Origin: Cyanophora paradoxa CCMP329
Taxonomy: Eukaryota; Plantae; Glaucophyta
DNA length: 64,000 nt
Direction: 5' to 3'
NCBI GenBank assembly: GCA_004431415.1
Contig: QPMI01000569.1
Coordinates: 248,001 to 312,000 of the forward strand
Shown here: positions 55,501-64,000 of the stretch, piece after piece
Layout of the letters: every line of letters starts with the position of its first letter
Numbering within the stretch: the stretch's first letter is position 1
Notes under the pieces: generated by a model
What the model was told of the DNA's origin: nothing
The model's database searches: none
What the model saw: the letters and a program-made list of their open reading frames with translations, nothing else
Translations under genes and position numbers: made by a program

Positions 55501-56651
55501 AGCCTCGAAACACTTTTAATCCACAGATAGTGACCAACCGGGCTGGTTCCTTCAACAGGAGGGACATACAGGATTGGAATAGCATCAGTACCTGCACTGA
55601 TGTGGATTGGGATGATGTCCTGCTCATCCACAGCCACTGTGTAAATGCACAGCTTCAAGTTGTTTGCCTCCTCGAACTTTGAGAACATTTTGGAGTCAAG
55701 TGGGGTTGGATATGTTAACATCTTACAATCAAATTCCCCCTCAAAAGGCCTGTAGTGGCAGGCACTTCGAGGGTCTTGTCCTGACTCTAGAGGGTGTTTG
55801 GCTGCTATAACTGAATACAGGAAGCATTTATTACTTGGTGCATCTATGTTGATTAATGCTTGCTTTTCTCTCAGCCATTCTGGTAGTTTAAATCTCAACC
55901 CACGGCCTCCCATTCTCCTGAAGTAGCGAATTGTCTGCCACTGAATATAGATCCAGGAATCGAAATACCAGGAATCTGTTGTGGCTTCAGCAGCTTTGAC
56001 ATCAATGGCGAGAAGCTGGTTCCTGATTGCCTCAGTTAAATCTGCCCCCGGCTCAATCCTGATGTACTGGTGCAGCTCAATCATCCTAGATTGTGCTGCA
56101 TCTGAATCTACTTTTCGAAACAGTCCATTCCCATATATCTTCAATGCTATCCCCATTCGAGCTGCATTAGCCCTTTCCCTCTCTCCACTGATAGGCACAG
56201 TAATCCACTCTCGAAAATGCTGATTGTTATCATAGTGAGCCTGAATGGCTGTCACCCTTCCTGAACCCCTGGAAAGGCGATAGGTGCCCTCAGCTAAAGT
56301 TCCATTGAGTGCTGTTGTCACAGAGCCATCCTGCTCAGTTACTGCTCTCGAAGTGTCCTGTGTCGCACCTGCCTCTGGCAGCTCACTAAAACTGGCCACA
56401 AGATCGGCCTGGGCTGCTGCAATCGAAACCTCCAGTGTCTTCGAAGATACTCTCTTTGCAGGTCTGGGGAGGTTTGAGAGTTCATCCAATAGTGAAGCAT
56501 TCTTCTGCAATGTTTCCAAGCGAGTATTTCGATTTGTCAAATTAATCAGAGATTTACTAAATGCTTTATGAATATAACCCCTAGCATAAAGTGTTTCGGC
56601 CTTCGATGCGATTTGTTCTTTAAATCTGGCAATTTCAAAACGACGATCCAT
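52578..56651 (-). CDS. Protein-primed DNA polymerase B, PLV-D (intact)
   Basis: KCF..GHY, YADCE, HNGRGFD, DISLLADVF, DANNLY, KLMNNSVYGK, TDTDS. Confidence 0.95.
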   Translation of the reverse strand: MDRRFEIARFKEQIASKAETLYARGYIHKAFSKSLINLTNRNTRLETLQKNASLLDELSNLPRPAKRVSSKTLEVSIAAAQADLVASFSELPEAGATQDTSRAVTEQDGSVTTALNGTLAEGTYRLSRGSGRVTAIQAHYDNNQHFREWITVPISGERERANAARMGIALKIYGNGLFRKVDSDAAQSRMIELHQYIRIEPGADLTEAIRNQLLAIDVKAAEATTDSWYFDSWIYIQWQTIRYFRRMGGRGLRFKLPEWLREKQALINIDAPSNKCFLYSVIAAKHPLESGQDPRSACHYRPFEGEFDCKMLTYPTPLDSKMFSKFEEANNLKLCIYTVAVDEQDIIPIHISAGTDAIPILYVPPVEGTSPVGHYLWIKSVSRLFNKHGKHSLHYCLACQRGFVTQEVLKKHIDTDRCLERKEHGRDKLPKKGDNIIYFKRWETTIQQRIAMYADCETLCTQIAETNRTDTKTKQTGVHQIASIGAVAVSTSGETEWFTKMGRPQDDSADAFVRWLDAKEPEFIRKLKETKPMNALTDEQKEAHYSAMACYMCGKQFEFLNDKLMDHCHDTGNYLGPACKSCNKIRSKPKSISIWFHNGRGFDFHLLVRALSAGYNRRMVAHRAFKQEIERKVEEKRPRIIRNIEACKARIMHKNKWSEQEFEQQKEKLIKEKLKQAFDALEEQFRPADLLSIKFDQVFQNSEKISQFVYGIYIFRDSCQHLLGSIDELSKALPDDLKKITQALHPDEAKFKLMTKKGTYPYQYMTSWERMLETQLPGRRQFYNELKQEKCSKEDYAHAHNVWREMGCSTLADYTMAYMKTDISLLADVFENYRKKCLEKYKLDPSHYMSSPGFAWQAALKHTGQALEVFYDGQQDMHSFIENGIRGGISMISKRYAKANNKWVDKYVVGHKQKQGWLLYLDANNLYGLAMKQKLPTGRFKWEDLEGITDLKQYITDLDAEGSRGYALEVDMHCPEELHDYFSDYPLAPERMCVLKEHLSKAQSDMIEAEKLSSIERTEKLVPNLLPKEKYAVDVRALQFYISQGMVVTKIHRVLSYNQSAWLAPFIDFNTQERQKTPFKHEQDLYKLMNNSVYGKTMENVRNHCNSELVTDGERLAKINTEPNRLKQVVVYDENLVYVSKRKSEFNLNKPIYCGFSILDVSKIHMYRFYYEVLKPLWGQRVRLLGTDTDSLMLEIETENMYVDLRNIKQYLDVGDYPDNHQFFEGMTTEEIKHLKSLAKTPGLFKDELKGIQMIEWIANRPKSYHWTSENKEKTVCKGVKKAFNKELTRDRYYECIFGGKACNIEGIVGFKSNKHHIYVQKSTKQALHPLDTKRYLCDDQFTTRAIGHYLNKNLAD

Positions 56652-57161
56652 CTTGTTTTCGGTTAAAGTTATGTTCAGAAAGAATTTTCTGATTTTTTGC
56701 GCAATAAACCGCGCGATGCATCATATATATGCGATTTCTTTAAGTGTTGTAAATAAATACGTACCGACGGCTTGGGCTTGAAATGGATCGAGTTAGATAA
56801 CTCTCGAGCACGCTCGATTTCTAGCTGTCGCAAAATCAAGGGATCGTTGGACATGGTGTCGACTTCCAGCCAATCGCAGCACGATAATCCTTTGCATTTG
56901 CACGGAACTCGGATTGTGATTGGTTGGACACAAAGTGTCTTGACGTTTCGCAAAGTCCAGCTATCGACCTTTTTTTCTGACAGCTCGATGGCTCCGGCTG
57001 CCGGTTCGAAGTCGAAAAAAATGACGGCTCCAAGCCGTTTTTCGATCATCTAAATTCTGATTGGCCAACTTTGTTCAGAACATTTATTTAATTTAAAATG
57101 GCTGGGAAATTTAGACGGTGATTGCTTCTGGGATGGCTGGTAGACTGGGTAAGGGTTAATA

Positions 57162-57596
57162 TTAGTTTTGGTTCTTAGCTATAATTTGTTTCATCTCCTC
57201 GATGTCAGCGAGCTCAAATCTATCCACACAATTATCAAGTGTCCAGTGAAAATATTTAGGGTTACTAATAAATACTTCTTCAAACGAGACACCTTTGTAC
57301 ATGCCGAATTTGTATTTACGTATACAAGAAGATCTATTAACAACACATAGATTACAGACCCGATTATCAAACTTATTACCATTTTTGTGAATCACCTTTT
57401 CAGTTCGTTTAATTTTACCTGATACACCTAGAGCTAGCGTGGATGCATACAAGCCCTTGCTACTGCATGGAACCTCTCCATTCTTCCCTGCATACCACTT
57501 CTGTCCTTCGAATTTTGATCGATTGGCTTCATCTATAATCAATCGCAGGCCAGGCCCTCCATACTTCCCAGTTAGAGAAATTTCGATGGTTGTCAT
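57162..57596 (-). CDS. Degenerate HNH protein with C-terminal FG.YKG motif
   Basis: VIHKNGNKFDNRVCNL and KFGMYKG...NPKYFHW. Confidence 0.65.
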   Translation of the reverse strand: MTTIEISLTGKYGGPGLRLIIDEANRSKFEGQKWYAGKNGEVPCSSKGLYASTLALGVSGKIKRTEKVIHKNGNKFDNRVCNLCVVNRSSCIRKYKFGMYKGVSFEEVFISNPKYFHWTLDNCVDRFELADIEEMKQIIAKNQN

Positions 57597-57765
57597 CTTT
57601 TGACTTCCCTTTTTCCAATACAAGTTTGAGTTATATTTAAGGTGTGTCAAATCTCGCGGTACATAACTTCAAATCTCGCGGTATATAACTTAGCATGTAG
57701 GTAGTAAAACCACTCCCATTTAACACATTAAGAGATCGATTCTCATAGGCGGCATCAGCATTGTT

Positions 57766-57996
57766 GAAATTTTTGTTGCTAGATCGGAAACACAAACATA
57801 AACTACTATCACCGAATCTAAACGAAATTTTTGTTGATAGATCGGAAACATAAACATAAACTACTATCACCGAATCTAAACGAAATTTTTGTTGATAGAT
57901 CGGAAACACAAACATAAACTACTATCACCGAATCTAAACGAAATTTTTGTTGATAGATCGGAAACACAAACATAAACTACTATCACCGAATCTAAA
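57766..57996. repeat. 58-bp tandem repeat x4 at the inner edge of the right TIR
   Basis: Units start at 57766, 57824, 57882 and 57940. Confidence 0.92.
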
Positions 57997-58316
57997 TTCC
58001 TAACAAAAGCTAGCTTCAAGGAACATCTAAAGCACACACTAAATAATCACATAGGAGATAGCTGGTAGACCGGCGCATGGGGGGCCGCCTCTCTCTTCCT
58101 GATTTTTCAATAGAAAACTCTCCAAAGTACTCCTATAATACTCCCTCAAAGGGAACAGGGCCGGTGTTGACCCTAGGGTCTAGGGTAGACGTAGATCCAG
58201 AGAGCTCAAATGAGGGGGCTGGGGACGTAGCTAGGGTGTGTGGGAGTGGCGAGGATGGTGGTGGAGAGAGGGCTGGAGGTGCGAGACCCATGGTGAAGTA
58301 GGAATCACCATTTTTT
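57939..58316 (-). repeat. Right TIR of PLV-D
   Basis: Ends CATTTTTT, followed by GCAGC. Confidence 0.95.
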
Positions 58317-58798
58317 GCAGCAGAGGTGGATCTTGCAGCAATCTTGCTGGGGATGGATTTGTAGGAATTATCATTGGTGATAAAGATGGGCTTCATACTC
58401 ACAGTGTCAAAACTTGTGATCACTACATCTTTTAGAGAGTCTTGAATGAGAGACTCACCAGTAACAGTGAGAATGGCTGTCTCCAATGGGGTCACATCAT
58501 ACTTGGTGTTGAAAAGGGCATTATCTATAATATTTCTGGGATTAGCAAAGATTAAAGGCAATTGATTGAGATAAGTGGAATGCAAATCGGTTGCAGTGAG
58601 TTTAGGTTCGTTTGGAAATTCGGGATTTTTCACATTGAGACCAATTGCAATAATCCCACCAGTGGATGTACCACTCACCAGGTCAACAAGATCTATTACT
58701 CTTTTTCCTGTTCGAGTTTCGATTTCTTTTAGCAATCTCGTAATAATTATACCACGAGCTCCCCCACCTGAGAGACTGAGAATTACACGAAGGGGCAT
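58317..58798 (-). pseudogene. 5' part of PLV-A patatin
   Basis: GGGARG, GTSTGG, truncated at RSTSAA. Confidence 0.92.
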
Positions 58799-58847
58799 CT
58801 TTACTTAACTCAAATTTAATAAATCTCTATAAGTAGAGTAAACAGGG

Positions 58848-61800
58848 ATGAGTTTCAATTATCCAGCAAACCTACAAACCATTCCCTCATCTGGAAGAGG
58901 GAAGACAGATAACAAACATGTGAATTTCGATAACTTGACAGCCAGAGGGTCAATCTCAATTGACCACAGTGCAGATGAACCCTCAAAGACTCACCCAAGA
59001 ATGCATGCACTTTCAATAAACGAAATGGATCCCGAAAAAGAGGATGTGAGTGTTGCTTTCAGCATGGGAAATGTGAAATCGAATCAGGTAGCCCAGATTA
59101 AAGCAACCAGGAGCAGACCAAGAAAACTGAAAACCAGTGGAACCCATCCAGATATTCCAACTCGATTCGATAGTGGTAGGTTAATATTCTATGTTCAAAA
59201 TGAGAAGGGTGGGCATCAGAGTGGTTTAAGAATCTATAATGAAGGATCAAATGCAATTGCACAAATTCCCGAAATATTACAGATAGCCCCCCATGGAGAA
59301 ACCAACAAAATCGAGTTCACTAACAATGTTTATCCAAGAGATATTGTGGCGAATTCGGCTTCTAATGCACAATTCGGTTTCCAACTACCTGGTGATACAG
59401 CAAAGAATAAGGCGTCTATCACTGTCAACAGTAGCCCCACTCAACCAGTAACAATTCATTTACATCCAGACCTTGTCGAAATGGACAGGCACCTTTTACC
59501 TCTGGTAACAAATACCAAAGATCTTGGTATTAGAACCAGGCAATGGCGAAATATCCATGGAAGCAATGTCTATGCAAATGGTGAGAAACTTGTAAGTGAG
59601 AAGACCATCAGAGAGATCTTTGAATATTATGGACCTGTCCCAGTTCCCTTTCCTCTTCCATGGGATCCACCAGATTTAACACCAAAAAAGCAACCAGGAA
59701 GAGAGTACACAGCAGATGAGACAGTTCCTTTTGGGCAACACATTGTGAGTTGGGAGCAGGTTCGCAATAAACCTATAATTGAACCAAAAAAGCAAATTGA
59801 TGAGCAATATTTACCACCTGAAATCGATATATTGGAGCTTGATGATTACTACTTCGTCCCAGATGAGGAGGAATACCTACCTGATGGTTTCGACCCACAG
59901 GAATATGAATATGATCAATATGACCCCAATGAGGAAGAGTATTTACCAGATGGTTTAGATCCACAAGAGTATGAATATGAGCAGAATTATGAACCCCATG
60001 AGGAATATTTAGCAGATGGTCACGAACCACCAGTTGTTGATTATGAGCAACCTTACGAACCCCATGAGGAACTATTACCAGATGGATTTCGACCTGAGAT
60101 TTGGGAATTCTTCCCAGATTGGGAGCAGATCAACAATAAACCAGCCAGATTTCCACCAGAGGATCACAACCATGACTGGGATGAGATATTAGGTAAACCA
60201 GAGAAATTCCCACCAGAGGATCACAGGCATGACTGGGGTGATATTGATGGGATACCTACTGAGTTTCCACCAGCAGACCATCGGCATGATTGGGACGAAA
60301 TTGACCAGCAACCTACTTTTGCATCAGCAGGAAATATATTAACAGATTTCCAACATGGAGTAAGTCTTTACCAAAGTAATACAATACCAGAAAGATTACA
60401 ATTAAATGACCACTACCTTAATCGCATGGGAATAGAAGCAGGCACAGGAATGGAAGCGGAATTATACATTAGACCGCCCAGAAGAGATGGAATTTTACCA
60501 GTTAGTGGTAATTTTGGTTTGTATGAGACAAAACCCGGAATCTATCTAACAAGTTACTACCCTGAGGATATCCCGATGACAGATAGTTTAATATTACCGC
60601 TTCCATCTGATCCAGCAAACTATGATGACAAAGATGCAGCAATCCAAATTAATGTTACTGATGTAAGTGACTTAGATAGTTCAAGACCCAAATAAATATT
60701 CACCAGAGAGAGATTGTTACCCAATGCTCTCATTGGAAATCGAGATGACTACAAGAGATGCGAAATCTCATGGATAAAAACGAATTATAATGGTGGAGTT
60801 GGTGAGGGAGTTTTAGAAATCAATCAAAGGGCAGCAGCAAAGAATATTCACAATGAGACCATATCAAGAGTGGTAACAGAGGATTACCTTCAAGCCCAAA
60901 ACTACATAGATGAAACAGAACTGAATACAATTATTGCAGGTATTAATATTGGTGTGACAGGTGATTACCTCCCTCTCACAGGTGGGATTATTGATGGAAC
61001 AGTGACAGCATGTAACTTCTTTGTTCACACTGAAAGCAATCAAACCTTCCCAGTTGTACATCCAGGAGGTGAATATGAGATCCCAGATGATCCAGCTATA
61101 ATGCCCATCAAGATTGATCTCCCTTCTGATTATGTTGGAAGGGGTGAACTCAAAATCATCTCTTTCACAGGAGATTATAATGATCTCACTAATAAACCCA
61201 CCCCATCTAATCTACACCCTGTTGCATATTCAGGTAGCTTCCTTGATCTGAATAATCGAGCACACACCCACACAAAGGCAGAGATCACAGATTTCGCACA
61301 CACTCACACAAAATCCCAGATTACAGATTTTGCACACTTCCACACCAGAGCAGATATTACTAATTTTGCTCACACTCATGTTAAATCAGAGATTTTAGAT
61401 CTCGGAAATGTTGCATATGTTGGTCACACCCATACCAAGGCAGAGATTACAGATTTTGCACACACCCATACCAAGGCAGAGATTACAGATTTTGCTCACA
61501 ATCACACAAAGGCAGAGATTACAGATTTTGCACACACTCATGATTGGAATACAGATATTTATAACAAACCAGCAATTTTCTCAGGAAACTACAATGATCT
61601 GACCAATAGACCAACTCTTGATCCCTTTACAGCAAATAGCATTACAGCAAATGCAAACCTTCTTATTGGATCAGGCTATTTTCTGCATTATGACCCCTAT
61701 ATTATGCCCGATCCTCCTGTGATTTGGAATTTCCACAACTCAACTTTTTCCACTAACTCCATATCATACTATCAGGATAAAACGCTTCTTGTTCGTGGAA

Positions 61801-62195
61801 ATGCATATGCAAGAGAAATGTGGGTCAGAGATCCTCGTAACCATGCTGCTGTTACCAAGTTGATGCCCCAATATGTTTTTGATAATTACACTACTACTGG
61901 AATAAGGAAGGGGACATACAATTTCGTCATAAACAATCCCCAAATTGGTGGTAGTTCAGCAAGGCAAAATCATACCATTACATTAAGTTGGAGTCCTGCT
62001 TTTGCATCTACCCCATCTGTTGTTGCAACATTGGAGGGACTACCTGCAACTAATGTAGAAATCGACTACAAAATGGGAATATCAAGTAACTCAACCACCT
62101 CAACCACCATAAATCTTGTTGTTTGGGCAGCAGGATATGTAAACATACAACCCCAAACTTTCATGGTCACAGTGCATTGGATAGCAACAGCATAA
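58848..62195 (+). pseudogene. Long fibre-like protein of PLV-A with a single in-frame TAA at 60693-60695
   Basis: SSRPK*IFTRERLLPN versus PLV-D SSRPKLVFSRERLLPN; same repeat families. Confidence 0.82.
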
Positions 62196-62220
62196 TTAAG
62201 ATTCTCACACTATTACAAAG

Positions 62221-63273
62221 ATGACCTCTGTATTAGAAATCCCAAACTACGAATTCGCAGCAAAATCACTCCACAGCACCTCTCATGAAGTAGTTGACTC
62301 CACACCTGGGAATATTTGCACTGAAACATCAAGCAATACCTCTTTCACAGAGAACAATGTACTCAGAGTCAAAGAGATTAGATGTGATCGAAATGGAGGC
62401 AAGATAAGAACCACAGGAATTATTATCTCGAATAAAAATCAAGTTCAAGCAGGTCAGGTAGTTCCGGATTCAGCAATATATGATAATGTAGGTGGATTCA
62501 CCACAGCACAGATAGTTACTTTCGATAACACAAGCAATAATTCCGCTCTTGTAGTCAAGAGTGGAGGAGCCTATATTGGTGATGGGGCAATTGTGGTGGG
62601 GACTATCACAGCAAATCAATTAAATGTGAGTGGGACATGTTCATTAGATTCTTTGATGACTTTAAACTATGGTCTGTTGGGGAGTATTCGTTATGGAACT
62701 CTTCAAGCATTTCTGAGAGTTCAAACACCTGAAATAGATAATGGGGCAGATGCAAATATGAATTACAAACGAAATGGGAATACAGTATTCTCTCTTGAAA
62801 AAACAGCAACAGGCCTGAGAACCTTCACAATCCCGGTAAATAGTGGTCTTAAACGAACCTCTTGCCCAAGAATGTGTATTTCAAGACAAGCAGCAAACAT
62901 GACAGGGAACTTTTCAGTATCATCTGGATCTGATGTTAATTTCACAGGAGGCGCTTATCTTGTGAACAATGAAGGCAGTTTTAGCTCAACAACATTCACA
63001 GCACCTGTAACAGGAGTTTATCGAGTGTTTTTTACAGGCACAAGAACAGATAATCTTTCTGGTTACACCTCTTATTTCAATATTCGAATAAATGGAGTCA
63101 ATTCGTTACATGAGTTCCGAGCTACTTCAACATCAAATAATCATAATCTTTCATATGAGACCTTACTACCTCTTGTTGCTGGTGATAATTTCCGCATACG
63201 AAATGCAGACGGTGCAAATACGACTATGGATATCCGATTTTACTTAGGTTGTTATCTTGTAAGTGCTACATAA
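62221..63273 (+). CDS. Fibre-family protein with C1q/TNF-like head, PLV-A
   Basis: N-terminus near-identical to 34039..35112; FTAPVTGVYR. Confidence 0.82.
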   Translation: MTSVLEIPNYEFAAKSLHSTSHEVVDSTPGNICTETSSNTSFTENNVLRVKEIRCDRNGGKIRTTGIIISNKNQVQAGQVVPDSAIYDNVGGFTTAQIVTFDNTSNNSALVVKSGGAYIGDGAIVVGTITANQLNVSGTCSLDSLMTLNYGLLGSIRYGTLQAFLRVQTPEIDNGADANMNYKRNGNTVFSLEKTATGLRTFTIPVNSGLKRTSCPRMCISRQAANMTGNFSVSSGSDVNFTGGAYLVNNEGSFSSTTFTAPVTGVYRVFFTGTRTDNLSGYTSYFNIRINGVNSLHEFRATSTSNNHNLSYETLLPLVAGDNFRIRNADGANTTMDIRFYLGCYLVSAT

Positions 63274-63295
63274 TATTGTCTATCTATTATAAAGA

Positions 63296-64000
63296 ATTTC
63301 TACACAAATCGCTGTTCCTGTTTTCTGTTATGCAGCTCCAAAAATACATCAACTCAACCACACTGTAACAGATGCAACCCCTGGGTTTATTTGCACTGAA
63401 ACGACAGGAGCCGACTCGTTTTCTCAAAACTCTGTGATAAGATGCAAAGAAATTCGATGTGATCGCAACAATGGAAAGGTCAGAGCCACAGGTTTAATAG
63501 TTTCAAACAAGAACCAAGTTCAATCGGGATCAATTGTCTCTGATTCAGCAGTTTATGATGATGTGGGAGGGGTCGCCACACCAAAGATTGTAACTTTTGA
63601 CAACACCATTAATAATTCGGCTCTTGTAGTAAGAAGTGGAGGGGCATACATTGGAGATGGGGCAAGAATTGATGGAACCCTTACAGCTAACCAAATTACA
63701 GTTACAGGAGCGACCACCTTTAATGGAATGGTGACAGCCAATGAAGGTGTGTATGTTCCAGGTGTTCAGCAATCTATTGTCACAGCAACTACAAAAATTA
63801 TAACACCTGAAATTGATACAGGGACGACTACAAATCTCGTTTTAAAACGCGATAGTGATATTATGGCGACTCTTGAAGCCAATAGTTTGACCCTGAATAC
63901 AAATTGTTATTTGAAGTATGATTTTCAACCTCGATTCTGTGCTCAACTTGGTTATACACACACTGCTACCAGTGCTGCTGTTCTGATAAATTGGGTAACA
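63296..64000 (+). CDS. Fibre-family protein (ortholog of 32991..34016), start codon reads ATT, runs off the window
   Basis: ATT TCT ACA CAA versus ATG GCT ACA CAA in D; frame is open to ...VLINWVT. Confidence 0.75.
   Translation, partial: MSTQIAVPVFCYAAPKIHQLNHTVTDATPGFICTETTGADSFSQNSVIRCKEIRCDRNNGKVRATGLIVSNKNQVQSGSIVSDSAVYDDVGGVATPKIVTFDNTINNSALVVRSGGAYIGDGARIDGTLTANQITVTGATTFNGMVTANEGVYVPGVQQSIVTATTKIITPEIDTGTTTNLVLKRDSDIMATLEANSLTLNTNCYLKYDFQPRFCAQLGYTHTATSAAVLINWVT

Larger units (their letters stand above)
29945..58316. mobile_element. Complete Polinton-like virus PLV-D (~23.3 kb without the LTR insert) nested in the PLV-A patatin gene
   Basis: ~378-bp TIRs; TSD TGCAGC or GCAGC (29939-29944, 58316-58321). 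Full capsid, ATPase, pPolB and integrase set. Confidence 0.95.
906..64000. mobile_element. Endogenous Polinton-like virus PLV-A (outer element, right end beyond window), interrupted by PLV-B and PLV-D
   Basis: Starts with AGT at the composition break. Encodes two pentons, MCP, ATPase, PrimPol-helicase, pPolB, rve integrase, patatin and fibres. Genes split by B and D rejoin in frame. No matching right TIR is seen, so treating 906-28000 and 28500-64000 as one element is an inference. Confidence 0.8.

Noticed and set aside
57766-57996. Possible CRISPR-like array (also 1305-1563 and 18090-18210)
   Set aside because: Head-to-tail tandem repeats without unique spacers, and no cas genes.
60693-60695. 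Stop-codon readthrough or an alternative genetic code in the fibre gene
   Set aside because: A single TAA where D has Leu; TAA terminates many other genes here, so a point mutation or sequencing error is simpler.

Overview
Eukaryotic DNA holding a nested stack of integrated elements. A short GC-rich flank (1-905) resembles an LTR-retrotransposon pol linker. It is interrupted at 906 by an AT-rich Polinton-like virus (PLV-A) that runs past the window end. PLV-A is split by two complete PLVs with terminal inverted repeats (TIRs) and target-site duplications (TSDs). PLV-B (7329-18744) has 175-bp TIRs, TSD AACAGT, and sits inside a conserved gene after the ATPase. PLV-D (29945-58316) has ~378-bp TIRs, TSD (T)GCAGC, and sits inside PLV-A's patatin gene. 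PLV-D's integrase is split in turn by a non-autonomous LTR retroelement with four LTRs (46422-51462, TSD AGAG). All three PLVs encode a major capsid protein (MCP), penton(s), A32 packaging ATPase, pPolB and rve integrase; I recognised no maturation protease. B and D have different capsid modules but share a DDD-type integrase and A7-TG...CA-T6/7 ends. A carries an exonuclease-deleted pPolB next to a PrimPol-D5 helicase and an iteron-like origin. A and D carry phage-like fibre cassettes with shared N-terminal anchors and variable heads. An HNH-AP2 gene in D sits between 22-bp direct repeats at the pPolB 3' end. All calls are from manual motif reading with no database search. Many single-base frameshifts could be long-read errors.
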